From NCBI GenBank assembly GCA_963765205.1, contig CAVXVB010000009.1, forward strand, positions 1,056,001 through 1,120,000: a stretch of 64,000 bases of DNA. Direction: 5' to 3'. Below the pieces are notes generated by a model. That model ran no database searches and was not told the origin of the DNA. It saw only the letters and a list, made by a program, of their open reading frames with translations. Made by a program: the position numbers and the translations under genes. Positions 20,417 to 30,331 of this stretch are shown here, one piece after another (position 1 is the stretch's first letter; every line of letters begins with the position of its first letter). The stretch is from an uncultured Verrucomicrobiae bacterium. Lineage in GTDB: Bacteria > Verrucomicrobiota > Verrucomicrobiia > Opitutales > JABDGR01.

Positions 20417-21229
20417 ATGTTGCCTGCGGGGTTTTGGCGTGCAACGGCCACAGGGGTGGGGGCGTTATTTTTTGTTTCAATCGCGGCGGCGACGAATGCA
20501 CCGGGCGCGCCGGCCAACACAGACCGGGGGTTTTCCACAGATGAGGTGCAGTCGCTGAAAAATGGGGAGGTGATCGTGCGGCGGGATGGCAAAAATTACA
20601 GTTTTGAACTTTCCGCGCTTTCGCCGGAAGAGCAGGCGGCGGCGCGCGCGTGGAAGCCGACAGCGGAGGAAGCGCGGGAGGGGACCGCGACGACGGACTC
20701 GGATATTGAAATCAAAATCGCGGTGGCGCCGGCCGGCCCGGCGACGGACGATGCGAGCAGCCCCGGCCAATTGGCGGCGAAGGTTAATTTGGCGAACAAG
20801 GAAACGTTATGGAATTTCAAGAATCTCCAAGGCACGCTGGTGTTAATCGGGCAGGAAACCGGCCCGCGCAGGCGGTATATTGTGCTGGCGGTACAAAAAT
20901 TTTCGGGTGACTTGGCAGCGAGGGGAAATTTTGAATTCGTGGGGCCGGCAATAATGGACGCAGCGAACGCGGCGCCGAACCAGCCGGGTTACCATTACAA
21001 GGGCTATGTGTTTGTGTTGCAGAATGGGGATGGCAACATCATCCAATTCCGGCATGCGGGGTCGTTCGTGAAGCATGGCAACGAGGCCTTGAAGCTGAAG
21101 GTCGGCGAAGTGTTCGCGGGGCCGAGTCCGACGGGTTTTTCTGCGCCCAAATCGAGGGCGGCTACACCGCGCACGGGCGGTTCGCGGCCGATGACGAGGG
21201 GGCGGCCGAGATTTAGTTTCGGGTTTTGA
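20417..21229 (+). CDS. Hypothetical exported protein with SHD1-like N-terminal segment
   Basis: Signal-like N-terminus; V.VRRDGK.YSFELSALSPEEQ..ARAW; start uncertain. Confidence 0.55.
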   Translation: MLPAGFWRATATGVGALFFVSIAAATNAPGAPANTDRGFSTDEVQSLKNGEVIVRRDGKNYSFELSALSPEEQAAARAWKPTAEEAREGTATTDSDIEIKIAVAPAGPATDDASSPGQLAAKVNLANKETLWNFKNLQGTLVLIGQETGPRRRYIVLAVQKFSGDLAARGNFEFVGPAIMDAANAAPNQPGYHYKGYVFVLQNGDGNIIQFRHAGSFVKHGNEALKLKVGEVFAGPSPTGFSAPKSRAATPRTGGSRPMTRGRPRFSFGF

Positions 21230-21279
21230 GTTTCGGGTTTCGCATTCAAGTTGCCGGACATTGGGATCTGCGTTGTCGC

Positions 21280-22500
21280 TCAATTTTTAATGCTCAGGTT
21301 TGGGGAGGGCGCGGCGGTCAGGCCGAGCATAGTGCGCAACTGGCTCTCGACGGCGTGCAACAAGGGGTCGTTGGCACCATGGGGTTCGCGGCCGGGATTG
21401 ACGACGATGGCTTCGCCGATGCTAATGGTGACGCCGAGGGGAACGTAGGGCTGGAGTTTGTCGGTGAGGTCTTCCTGGAAGCGTTCGATGGTTTCGAGGA
21501 GGCGCTCGGGCGAAGGCTGGCCGTCAATATAATCGGGGGGATAGTTATCGAGTTGCTGCGCGAGGTAGATGTCGGCGAGGTGCTGCCAGCGGCGATGGCG
21601 CTCGGCTTCGGTGATGCCGCCCTCGACCATGGCGGGGACGATGGCGGCGCGGAGGCGGCGGACGCGGGCCTGGACGGGTTCGTCGTCGTGGCGGGCACCG
21701 ACCCATTCGTCTTCGAGGGGGCGCAGGAGAACCTGGATGATGCGGGCGAGACGGGCCGCGCGCGAGCCGGTTTGCGTTTGGCCGAGGTATTGAACTTCTT
21801 TTTTGGCCAGCAAGGCGTCGCCGATTTTTTCGACGCGGTCGCGCAGGGAAAGTTGGGGGTTGGATGGGCCGCCGAGGCGGTGCTCGATCTCGGCAAGGAC
21901 GCCGGCGACGCCGGGTTCGAGCGGGCCGCGCACATGGTAACGCAGGGCGACGGGGTGGACGACGAGTTGGCCGGGGGGGTTGGCTTGCGCGCGTTTTTTG
22001 GCGGCGACGCGGGCGATGAGCGCCGGGCCGTCCATCAGGGCGTTGAGGCGGTCATTGGTGCGGCCCAAAAAGCCCTCGGGGAAAATGACGAGCGGGCGCT
22101 CGGCGTGGGCGAGGATGCCGACGGAAGTTTTCACGGCGGCGCGGTCCGCGCCTTCGCGATAGACGCTGAAGACGCCAACGCGCGGGAGCAGGAAGGCCTT
22201 GGCCCGGCTTTGTTTAAAGAGGTGCCAGCTCGACATGTAATAAAACCAGGAGCGCATTTCGCAGGAGAGACGGCCCATGACCAGGCCGTCCTCGTCGCGG
22301 CAATGATTGGGCATGAGGACGATGGCGTGGCCGGCGCGGAGGGAAGCGCGGAGACGGTCGAGGTGCATGAAATCGTAGTGGACTATGCCGTATTCCTTGC
22401 GCAGGAACCAAGGCAGGATGTGGCTGCACATCCACGGCCAGAGCGAGCCGCGCCGGGGCGGCACAGGCACATAAGGTTCTTCGACGACAACGTTTTGCAT
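21280..22500 (-). CDS. PlsC-like acyltransferase
   Basis: PNHCRDED (H-x4-D), GVFSVYREG, VIFPEG. Confidence 0.9.
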   Translation of the reverse strand: MQNVVVEEPYVPVPPRRGSLWPWMCSHILPWFLRKEYGIVHYDFMHLDRLRASLRAGHAIVLMPNHCRDEDGLVMGRLSCEMRSWFYYMSSWHLFKQSRAKAFLLPRVGVFSVYREGADRAAVKTSVGILAHAERPLVIFPEGFLGRTNDRLNALMDGPALIARVAAKKRAQANPPGQLVVHPVALRYHVRGPLEPGVAGVLAEIEHRLGGPSNPQLSLRDRVEKIGDALLAKKEVQYLGQTQTGSRAARLARIIQVLLRPLEDEWVGARHDDEPVQARVRRLRAAIVPAMVEGGITEAERHRRWQHLADIYLAQQLDNYPPDYIDGQPSPERLLETIERFQEDLTDKLQPYVPLGVTISIGEAIVVNPGREPHGANDPLLHAVESQLRTMLGLTAAPSPNLSIKN

Positions 22501-22631
22501 CTGGGAATAAACAACCAGCTTCGCAGCCCGCGGCGCGAGGGTCAAATTTTTATGCGTAGGGTGAAACTCGATTAGGCTTGTGCGGGACGGGGGCGGGGCG
22601 CTGAAATGGCTCGAGGGAAGACCTTTTATTC

Positions 22632-22904
22632 ATGAAGCGCAAAAAAAAGACCCTGCGCGGCTCCGCGATGCGCGGGGGCGTTTACCGCCATTACAAAGGC
22701 CCGCATTATTTGGTGCTGGGGGTGGCCCGGCATTCCGAGACGGAGGAAGCGTTCGTGGTTTATGTGCGGCTGTATGCGCGGGGAGGCTGCCCATTGTGGA
22801 TTCGCCCGCTGAAGAATTTTACGGGGACGGTGGTGGGCCCCAAGGGCAAGAGCGTGGCGCGGTTTGCGTTTGTGGGGGCCGAGGAGCCGGGCAATGGGGA
22901 ATAA
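22632..22904 (+). CDS. DUF1653 family protein
   Basis: GVYRHYKG..Y.V..VARHSET.E..VVY...LWIRP..F. Confidence 0.9.
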   Translation: MKRKKKTLRGSAMRGGVYRHYKGPHYLVLGVARHSETEEAFVVYVRLYARGGCPLWIRPLKNFTGTVVGPKGKSVARFAFVGAEEPGNGE

Positions 22905-22981
22905 TGGGATCGGCCTGTGGACCGTTTTGAGGCCCAAAATCAGGGTTCGATTCCTGGGGCGGGCGTCGTTAAGTAAGGCGG

Positions 22982-24301
22982 ATGTCCGCCCGCGCGAGTC
23001 CATCGGAAAACAGCCAGCGGCCCACGCGGGCCCGGCATGTGGTGCTGGGGTTGGTGACGGCATTGTCGGTGATTTCGTTTGTCGAACGGGCGACGATTTC
23101 GCAGGCCGCGCCGAACATCGAGCAGAGTCTGGGCCTCACAAAGAGCGAAATGAGCTTGGTTTTTTCGGCATTCACGCTGACTTATGCGCTGCTGGAAATT
23201 CCGATGGGCCGGCTGGGCGACCGGTTTGGGCCGCGGAATGTGCTTTTGAAAGTGGTGCTGATGTGGTCGTTCTTCACCGCGGCCACGGGCTGGGTGTGGA
23301 ATCTGGGTTCGCTGATCACCTGCCGGCTGCTGTTTGGCGCGGGCGAAGCGGGTTGCTTTCCGAATCTCACGAAAATCATCACCATCTGGCTGCCGTCGTC
23401 GGAACGCGGGCGGGCGCAGGGCATTTTGTGGTGCTGCGGGCGCTGGGGCGCGGCGATTGCGCCGTCGGTGATGGCGCTGACCCTGACGTTGGTGAACTGG
23501 CGCTGGGCCTTCGGGTTGCTGAGTCTGCTGGGGGTGGTTTGGGCGGCGGTGTTTTACTTTTGGTTTAGCGACCGGCCGCATGGGCACCGGGCGGTTAACG
23601 CGGCGGAGCTGGCGCGGATGGACGGGGCGGAAGCCAACGCGCCGAGCGAGGCGCAGGTGCCGTGGAGGCGATTGCTGGGCAGCGGGTCGGTGTGGTTGTT
23701 GTGGCTGCAATATTTTTGCATGGCTTACGGATGGTATTTCTACATCACCTGGCTGCCGACGTATTTGCAAGAGGCCCGGCATGTGGATTTGTTAAAGAGC
23801 GCGGGACTGGCGGGACTGCCGACATTTTTGGGCGGGATTGGATGTTTTGCCGGGGGCTGGCTGATGCAGCGGCTCGCCGCAAAGTGGGGCAATGTCCGGC
23901 GCGCGCGGCGCATGGTGGCCGGCAGCGGGTTGCTCGTGGCCAGCGTGATGATGGTGGTGTTTACAAGGATTGAAAATGACGTGCTGGCGGTGGCGGCGCT
24001 CGGGGTGGCGAGCTTTTCGGTGGACCTGGTCATGGCGAGCGCGTGGGGCGCGTGCATGGATGTGGGGGGGCGGCACGCGGGCGCGTTGTCGGGCAGCATG
24101 AACATGATGGGCAACTTGGGCGGGGTTGTCGGCCCGATAGTGGCGGGCTTTATTCTGCAAAACGCGAAGGCCGCGACGGGGAATCTGCCCGCGCCGCACG
24201 CGTGGACAGTGGCGTTTCTGATCACGGCGGGGGTATATCTAATCGGCGCGGCATGCTGGGTGTTGATTGATCCGGTGACGGCGCTGGAGGAGGAAAACTG
24301 A
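22982..24301 (+). CDS. MFS transporter (anion:cation symporter-like)
   Basis: GRLGDRFGPR, RLLFGAGEAGCFP, WLPTYL, SGSMNMMGNLGG; many TM helices. Confidence 0.93.
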   Translation: MSARASPSENSQRPTRARHVVLGLVTALSVISFVERATISQAAPNIEQSLGLTKSEMSLVFSAFTLTYALLEIPMGRLGDRFGPRNVLLKVVLMWSFFTAATGWVWNLGSLITCRLLFGAGEAGCFPNLTKIITIWLPSSERGRAQGILWCCGRWGAAIAPSVMALTLTLVNWRWAFGLLSLLGVVWAAVFYFWFSDRPHGHRAVNAAELARMDGAEANAPSEAQVPWRRLLGSGSVWLLWLQYFCMAYGWYFYITWLPTYLQEARHVDLLKSAGLAGLPTFLGGIGCFAGGWLMQRLAAKWGNVRRARRMVAGSGLLVASVMMVVFTRIENDVLAVAALGVASFSVDLVMASAWGACMDVGGRHAGALSGSMNMMGNLGGVVGPIVAGFILQNAKAATGNLPAPHAWTVAFLITAGVYLIGAACWVLIDPVTALEEEN

Positions 24302-24596
24302 ATTATCTCGCGCAGAGCCGCCAAGGCGCAGAGAGGGAAACGATTTGGGAAGGCCGGTTTTGGTTCACGGTTGACGGTTCGTGGTTCGTGGGGGCCGCAC
24401 GGTTTCAATTCCGGCCGCCGGACCCCCTCAGGCTGCCGGGCGAAATCGAGGATTGTCTGCCTCGGGAAAAATAATTTTTTCCGGCCGGCCAATAAAGCCG
24501 GGCGGCGGCGGTCGCAGGTTTGCGGGCACCGGTGAGGCGATGAGGCGCGCTTCGTGATTGCCAGACACTCCCCCCAGTCTGCTAAGTTGGTGGTTC

Positions 24597-27419
24597 ATGT
24601 CCGACGCGGCCACCACATCTCCAGTGCTGCCTCGCTTGCGCGAGCATGCGGAAGCCATCCTGCGCCCGGCGCAAAAGCTGACCAAGGCCGAGCGGCTGCC
24701 GCTCTTCAAGCTGTTCCTCCACCAGGAGCACGAACGGCTGTTTCAAGCCCACCGGGCAGGCGCGTCGGGCCTGGCGGTCACGCATGAACGCTCGGCGGTC
24801 ATGGACGTGGTGGTGGAGCTGCTGGGCCGGTTTGCCAACCAGGCCTACGAAGCGGCGCATGGCCCGCTGCCGGTGCAGACTTCCATCGTGGCGCTGGGTG
24901 GTTACGGGCGGGCGGAACTGTGCCCCCACAGCGACGTGGACTTGATGTTTCTCTTCCCACAGGGGGTGAAGGCCAAGGTGCTGGAGCCCGTCCAAAAAGC
25001 CTACACGGACGAAATTTTGTATCCGCTGTGGGATTTGGGCCTGAAAATCGGGCACTCGACGCGCACGATCAAGGAAGCGATGGAGGAGGCGAAGGCCGAC
25101 ATCTCGACGAAGAACGCCCTGCTGGAGACGCGGCTGGTAACCGGGTCAACCAGTCTCTACCAGATTTTCGAGCAGGCATATGGAAATTTTTGCCGCGGGG
25201 AATCGCCGCACGAATACATCAAGGCCCGCCTGCTGGATCAGGCGGCGCGGCGGGCGAAATACGGCAACACAGTCTTCCTGCAGGAGCCGGAAATCAAGAA
25301 CGGGGTCGGGGGCCTGCGCGATTATCACAACATCCTGTGGATGGCGCGCATCCGGCTGAATGCCGCCACGCTGGACGAGCTGGTCGAACGCCAGTTCCTG
25401 CAGCCGGGGGAGCGCGACGCGCTGCACGCCGCCTATGATTTTCTGCTGCGCACGCGCAATGAGCTGCATTTTCTCAGTTCCCATGCCACGGACCTGCTGG
25501 ACTTGGAGCGACAGCCGCAGACGGCGTTCAACCTCGGCTACCGGCAGGAAAACGTGTTTCGCCGGGTCGAAGTGTTCATGCGCGACTATTACCAGCACGC
25601 GCAGACGATTTACCAGTTGTCGGCGATTCTCGAACGGCGGCTGGCGATTGTCGGCGAGGAGCAATCGTCCTGGAAGCTTTCGATCAAGAACTTCCTCATG
25701 GCGCGGCGCCAAACCCGCCAGAAGCGCGTGGACGGCTTTGTAGTGACGGGCAACACCCTCGCGTGCGAAAACCCGCAGGTGTTCAAGGAGGACCCGACGC
25801 GCCTCATCCGTGTGTTCCGCATCGCGCAGCAAATGAACGCGACGCTTGATTTTGAGCTTATGTTGCTCATTCGCAGCCACCTGGCGCTGATCACGCCCGC
25901 AATCCAGGCCGACCCCCATGCGGCGCGCAGCTTTCTGGCCATCCTGCAGGAACTCGGGCAGGTCTACCCCACCCTGGCCTTGATGCACGAACTGGGCGTG
26001 CTGGGGAGGTTCCTGCCCGAGTTTAATGGGCTGACCTGCCTGGTGCAGCATGAGTATTACCACCGCTACACGGCGGACATTCATACCCTTAACACCATCA
26101 AGGAGTTAGATGGCGTCTTTGCGGCGTATGACGACATCACCCGAACGTTTGACCATGAGATCCGCAAGACGACCAAGCCATGGATCACCTACCTGATGAT
26201 GCTGCTCCACGACATTGGCAAGGGGGCAGGCATCGTGGACCACGCCGTGAGCGGCGTGCGCCTCGCCGAGCCGCTGCTGGTGCGCCTGGGGCTGGAGGCC
26301 AAGTCCATCGAGACAATTTTGTTCATAATCAAGCACCATTTGGAAATGGCACGATTCTGGCAGAGATACGACGTGGATGACCCAGGCACCGCGGTCACGT
26401 TTGCCGAAGTAGTGGGCGAGCCCGACGTGCTCCGCTACCTTTATGTGCTGACGTATTGCGACGCCCGGGGCACGGCGGTTTCGCTATGGAACGGCTACAA
26501 ACAGATTTTGCACCACCGGCTTTTTGCCGCGACCCTCGAGGTGCTCGAAGGTCGGGAGGTCGCGCATGCCCGGCATCAAGAAAGAAAGCAAACGATGCTT
26601 AAAGAAATCATGGCCCTCAACCAGGGAAGCATTGCGCCCGAGGAAATCGAGGCGCACTTCAACGTCCTCCCGGAGCGATATTTTGTCCACTCGACGCCGG
26701 CCGAAGTGTTTCTGCATCTCGGCATGGTGAACCGGCTGCTGCACAACATCGCCCAGGCGGAATCCATCGGCTCCCTCGTCCCGGTCATTGACTGGCAGGA
26801 CGACCGGGATCAGGCCCTCACGGTCGTGAATGTGGTGACGTGGGACCGGGCGGGTTTGTTTTTCCGCCTGTCCGGCGCCTTCACGGTGGCGGGGGTGAAC
26901 ATTCTCAGTGTCAAAGCCATCTCGCGCACCGATCACATCGCGATTGACACGTTTCTCGTGACCGACCCGGGCGGCGGCCCGGTGCAAAACCCGCGCGCGC
27001 GCGAAGTCTTCGAGCAGGCCGTCAAGGATTCGCTGCTCCACAACAAGGATCTGCTGCCGGAAATCCTCGCCCAGGCCCGGAAACACCGCGAGCTTTCCTA
27101 CCTGCGGACGCAGGACCGCCTGAGCGCGCCGCTGCCGCCGAGCATAGATATTTACCAGGAACTCTCGCAGAAGCGCACCATCATTGAAGTGCAGGCCAGC
27201 GACCAGATCGGCCTCCTCTACCTGATCACCAAAGCCATCTCCGACCACCATTTCGACATCACGTTTGCCCGCATCTCGACCGAGCGGGGCGTCGCCATTG
27301 ACACATTCCATGTCCAAAGCATCAACGCCGACGCGAACGACAACACCGCCCAACTTTTTTCCCTCCGGGAGGCGCTCAATAAAATCGTCGCGCCGGAAAG
27401 CTTGCAGGCGGCGGGGTGA
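24597..27419 (+). CDS. glnD: [Protein-PII] uridylyltransferase
   Basis: ALGGYGRAELCPHSDVDL, EPEIKNGVGGLRD, YHRYTADIHTL, LLHDIGKG, two C-terminal ACT domains. Confidence 0.97.
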   Translation: MSDAATTSPVLPRLREHAEAILRPAQKLTKAERLPLFKLFLHQEHERLFQAHRAGASGLAVTHERSAVMDVVVELLGRFANQAYEAAHGPLPVQTSIVALGGYGRAELCPHSDVDLMFLFPQGVKAKVLEPVQKAYTDEILYPLWDLGLKIGHSTRTIKEAMEEAKADISTKNALLETRLVTGSTSLYQIFEQAYGNFCRGESPHEYIKARLLDQAARRAKYGNTVFLQEPEIKNGVGGLRDYHNILWMARIRLNAATLDELVERQFLQPGERDALHAAYDFLLRTRNELHFLSSHATDLLDLERQPQTAFNLGYRQENVFRRVEVFMRDYYQHAQTIYQLSAILERRLAIVGEEQSSWKLSIKNFLMARRQTRQKRVDGFVVTGNTLACENPQVFKEDPTRLIRVFRIAQQMNATLDFELMLLIRSHLALITPAIQADPHAARSFLAILQELGQVYPTLALMHELGVLGRFLPEFNGLTCLVQHEYYHRYTADIHTLNTIKELDGVFAAYDDITRTFDHEIRKTTKPWITYLMMLLHDIGKGAGIVDHAVSGVRLAEPLLVRLGLEAKSIETILFIIKHHLEMARFWQRYDVDDPGTAVTFAEVVGEPDVLRYLYVLTYCDARGTAVSLWNGYKQILHHRLFAATLEVLEGREVAHARHQERKQTMLKEIMALNQGSIAPEEIEAHFNVLPERYFVHSTPAEVFLHLGMVNRLLHNIAQAESIGSLVPVIDWQDDRDQALTVVNVVTWDRAGLFFRLSGAFTVAGVNILSVKAISRTDHIAIDTFLVTDPGGGPVQNPRAREVFEQAVKDSLLHNKDLLPEILAQARKHRELSYLRTQDRLSAPLPPSIDIYQELSQKRTIIEVQASDQIGLLYLITKAISDHHFDITFARISTERGVAIDTFHVQSINADANDNTAQLFSLREALNKIVAPESLQAAG

Positions 27420-27422
27420 ATT

Positions 27423-28013
27423 TCACCCCCGCCAGGTAAACGCGTGACACAAGGCGGTCGCGGCGGCGTCGGCTTCGTCGGCGGGGAGGGCGGTTTTTAA
27501 ATTCAGATGCTGCATGACGGTGCGGGCCACCTGTTCTTTGCTGGCGCGGCCGAAGCCCACCACGGCCTGCTTGATCCGGAGCGGGGCGTATTCGAAAACT
27601 TCCACGCCCGCCACTGCCGCCGCCGCGATGGCGGCCCCGCGCGCCGCGCCGAGGATGTGGACAGCCCGCCGGTTCTGCACGAAAATTGTTTCCTCAATGG
27701 CTGCGTGTTTGACGCAGGTGCGGCCCAGCGCCTCCGCGACCGCGTGGAAAATCTCGGCCAAACACGCCGGCAGCGGCAGTTTGGCCGGCACCCTCACCGT
27801 CTGGCTGTAGAGCATCCGCGTGCCCTCTGGTGCAAACTCAACCAGCGCCAGCCCCGTTCCGCGCAAGCTTGGGTCAATGCCCAGCACGACGCCTTGAAAG
27901 GCGCGGCGTTGATAGGACGCGGCGAGGGCCTCGTCGTCGTCGGACTCGCGGCGCGCGGGGAGCTGCCCCAGCACCTTGGCGGTCCACAGCGCGCGGCGTA
28001 AATTTCGGGGCAT
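27423..28013 (-). CDS. ruvC: Holliday junction resolvase RuvC
   Basis: LGIDPSLRGTG, AIEE.IF, YAP..IKQAVVG.GRASKEQV, DEADAAA.A.CH. Confidence 0.95.
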   Translation of the reverse strand: MPRNLRRALWTAKVLGQLPARRESDDDEALAASYQRRAFQGVVLGIDPSLRGTGLALVEFAPEGTRMLYSQTVRVPAKLPLPACLAEIFHAVAEALGRTCVKHAAIEETIFVQNRRAVHILGAARGAAIAAAAVAGVEVFEYAPLRIKQAVVGFGRASKEQVARTVMQHLNLKTALPADEADAAATALCHAFTWRG

Positions 28014-28081
28014 GGGAAAGTGCTTTGGTTCTTGGTTCTTGGTTGATGGTGAACCAAAAACTAGAAACTATAAACTAGAAA

Positions 28082-29177
28082 TTATTCCGATACTCCGCGT
28101 TGGAAAAACTCACCCTTGGCTACCGTCCACACCTCCCACGCCACATCGTCCGTCGGCGGCGGGATCGTGCCCGTGGCGAGGACTTGGGCGGCCTCGCGCG
28201 CCGCACGCCAAAAACCCGCGCGCCGCGCTGGGTCCAGTTCGCCCAGCACGTCATCGGCCAGCACCAACGGCGCGATGCCCGTGCGCACATGTTGCCACGC
28301 CGCCTCCGCTAGTCGCCACGCGACCACCAACCCCCGCTGCTGACCTTCCGAGCCAAAGGACTTCGCGCCGAGGCTATTGAGCTGAAAGGCAAAATCGTCG
28401 CGGTGCGGCCCGCGCGTCGTAGTTTTCATTACCAAATCGCGTGCGCGAGACCCTTCCCACAATGCGCGCCACGCGGCCGGCGAGTCGGGCGTGGCGTCCG
28501 GCAAATAGACGAGGGCCGGTTTTTCCGGCGCGCCCCCCGTCAGCCGGTCGTAAGCCGTCGTCAAATGCGCGCCCAGTTCCGCGCCGGCCGCGGCCCGCGC
28601 GGCGACGAGCGTCGCTGCCTCCGGCGCCATCACCGCCTCGAACGCCGCCAAGGCCTCCGCGCCGGACGCGCGCGGCCCGCGCCACAACGCATTGCGCTGG
28701 TCCAAGGCGGCGTGGTAGCGCCGCAGGGCCGTGAAGTACTTTTTCATCCAACGATGATAGAGCCAAATCCAGCGCGCGGCGCCGGGTTTGCGGCCCGCCG
28801 CGCACCAATTGCAAATCATGTGACGACAGCGCCACTACGGGGAAGCGCCCCAGCAATTCCGCCAGCCGAGCGCACCGCGCCCCATTGATGGACACCTCGC
28901 GCATCCGCGGCCGGATCACGATTTCGATTTCCACGGCGCCGTCGCGCTCATGTTCCAGCGCACACCACACGCGCGCCTCCGCCGCGCCGTGCCGGATTAA
29001 ATCGCGCGGTTCCGCGCCGCGAAACGAGCGCAGCGCGCCCAGCAAGCCCGCCGCCTCAAGCGCATTGGTCTTTCCTTGTCCATTCGGCCCGGCAAAAAAT
29101 GTCCGGCTCCCGCCGAACGTCAGTTGCGCGAGCGAAATATTGCGAAAGTTTTGCAAATGTAACCTGCGGAGTATCAT
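28082..29177 (-). CDS. recF: DNA replication/repair protein RecF (frameshift near 28740)
   Basis: NFRNI, GPNGQGKTN.LEA, RSFR in one frame; GPHRDD, GSEGQQR, LADDVLGELD in the other. Confidence 0.93.
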
Positions 29178-29342
29178 CCACCTGCACAATGGCGGGTTTC
29201 CCGCGCGACGCAATCCTTCGCTGGACTGGCCATACGTGTTAAAAATATATTTAAAACGACCGTTTTAATTGTTTTTAGCGGTCTTTGCCATTGACGCGGG
29301 AACTTATTCAGCGCCAGACTTGTCCATAACCTCGAATCCTTC

Positions 29343-30170
29343 ATGTCTATGAATACACCATTCTCAACCACCCGCTTCGGACTTCTGTCAAAGCGTTTGT
29401 CTTCAACTCTCGCCACTGGCGTTCTCGCCGTGACGATGCTGGCCTCGCTGCTGCCCACCACCGCACACGCTCAACCACCCATGGATCGCGATCACGGCCC
29501 GGGACGCGACTTGCATGTGGACATTGATCCCCGGCTCGGCCCGCGCTTCTATGTCGGTCCTGATCGCCGCGCCTTTGTTTTTGTGAGTCCTTATGGCCCG
29601 GGAGCGCGGATCGTCAGCCGCGCTTCGTTGCTGGACTTGCTGTTGCATCCCGCAGTGGATGCCGTGGCCTGGGGCCTGGGTGAAATCACGACCATCGAGG
29701 TGGCCAACCTGCTCGGCCTGCCGGTGAACACCCCGGTCTATGGTTTGGAAGCAGGCGTGCCGGTCGTCTCGACGCTGCCGCCGGGGTATTTTGTCGCGGA
29801 GTCGCTGCCGCAAAACGTCGCACTGGTGAGTTCCGGCCCAGCCGGTCCGGTTGTGGTGGTGCCGCGTGTGCCCGCCGGCGCTTTCGTCGCCTATCAAACT
29901 TCGCCCACGGGCGTGGTGCTGAATGAGTGCGTTGTGGTGCCCCCGGTGCAGCAAATGGTGATGGTTCAGCCGGCCACCCCCGCTCCGACGGTCATGATGG
30001 CCGCGCCGGCCAACACCGTGGCGCCGGCGCCCGCGCCCGCGCCGACCGCTTCAAGTTCCACCCCCATGTCGTCCAAGACCGGCAAAATCATGTATGACTC
30101 GAACGGCAAGCCCGTCGGCGTCATGGTTACCGACCCGGATGGCAAGCAGGAATTCGTGCCGATCCAGTAG
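29343..30170 (+). CDS. Hypothetical secreted Pro/Val-rich protein
   Basis: Signal peptide ending AHA; 275-aa ORF. Confidence 0.7.
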   Translation: MSMNTPFSTTRFGLLSKRLSSTLATGVLAVTMLASLLPTTAHAQPPMDRDHGPGRDLHVDIDPRLGPRFYVGPDRRAFVFVSPYGPGARIVSRASLLDLLLHPAVDAVAWGLGEITTIEVANLLGLPVNTPVYGLEAGVPVVSTLPPGYFVAESLPQNVALVSSGPAGPVVVVPRVPAGAFVAYQTSPTGVVLNECVVVPPVQQMVMVQPATPAPTVMMAAPANTVAPAPAPAPTASSSTPMSSKTGKIMYDSNGKPVGVMVTDPDGKQEFVPIQ

Positions 30171-30331
30171 CGAATTCACCCGCGAAACTGTTTCCCTCTT
30201 GTCAGCCTGCGCCTCACCGCGCAGGCTGATTTTTTTGGGGTGGAAAAAGACTCAAGAGGCCGCGCGGTTTTTGGATTGTCCCAAACGGGGCAAGAACTTA
30301 GTTTGCGGGATTGCTGCCATTTTCCCGACCC

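Noticed and set aside
28082..29177. recF, hpf and ppgK as pseudogenes or programmed frameshifts
   Set aside because: Single indels with otherwise intact motifs recur across unrelated genes, so sequencing error is the simpler explanation
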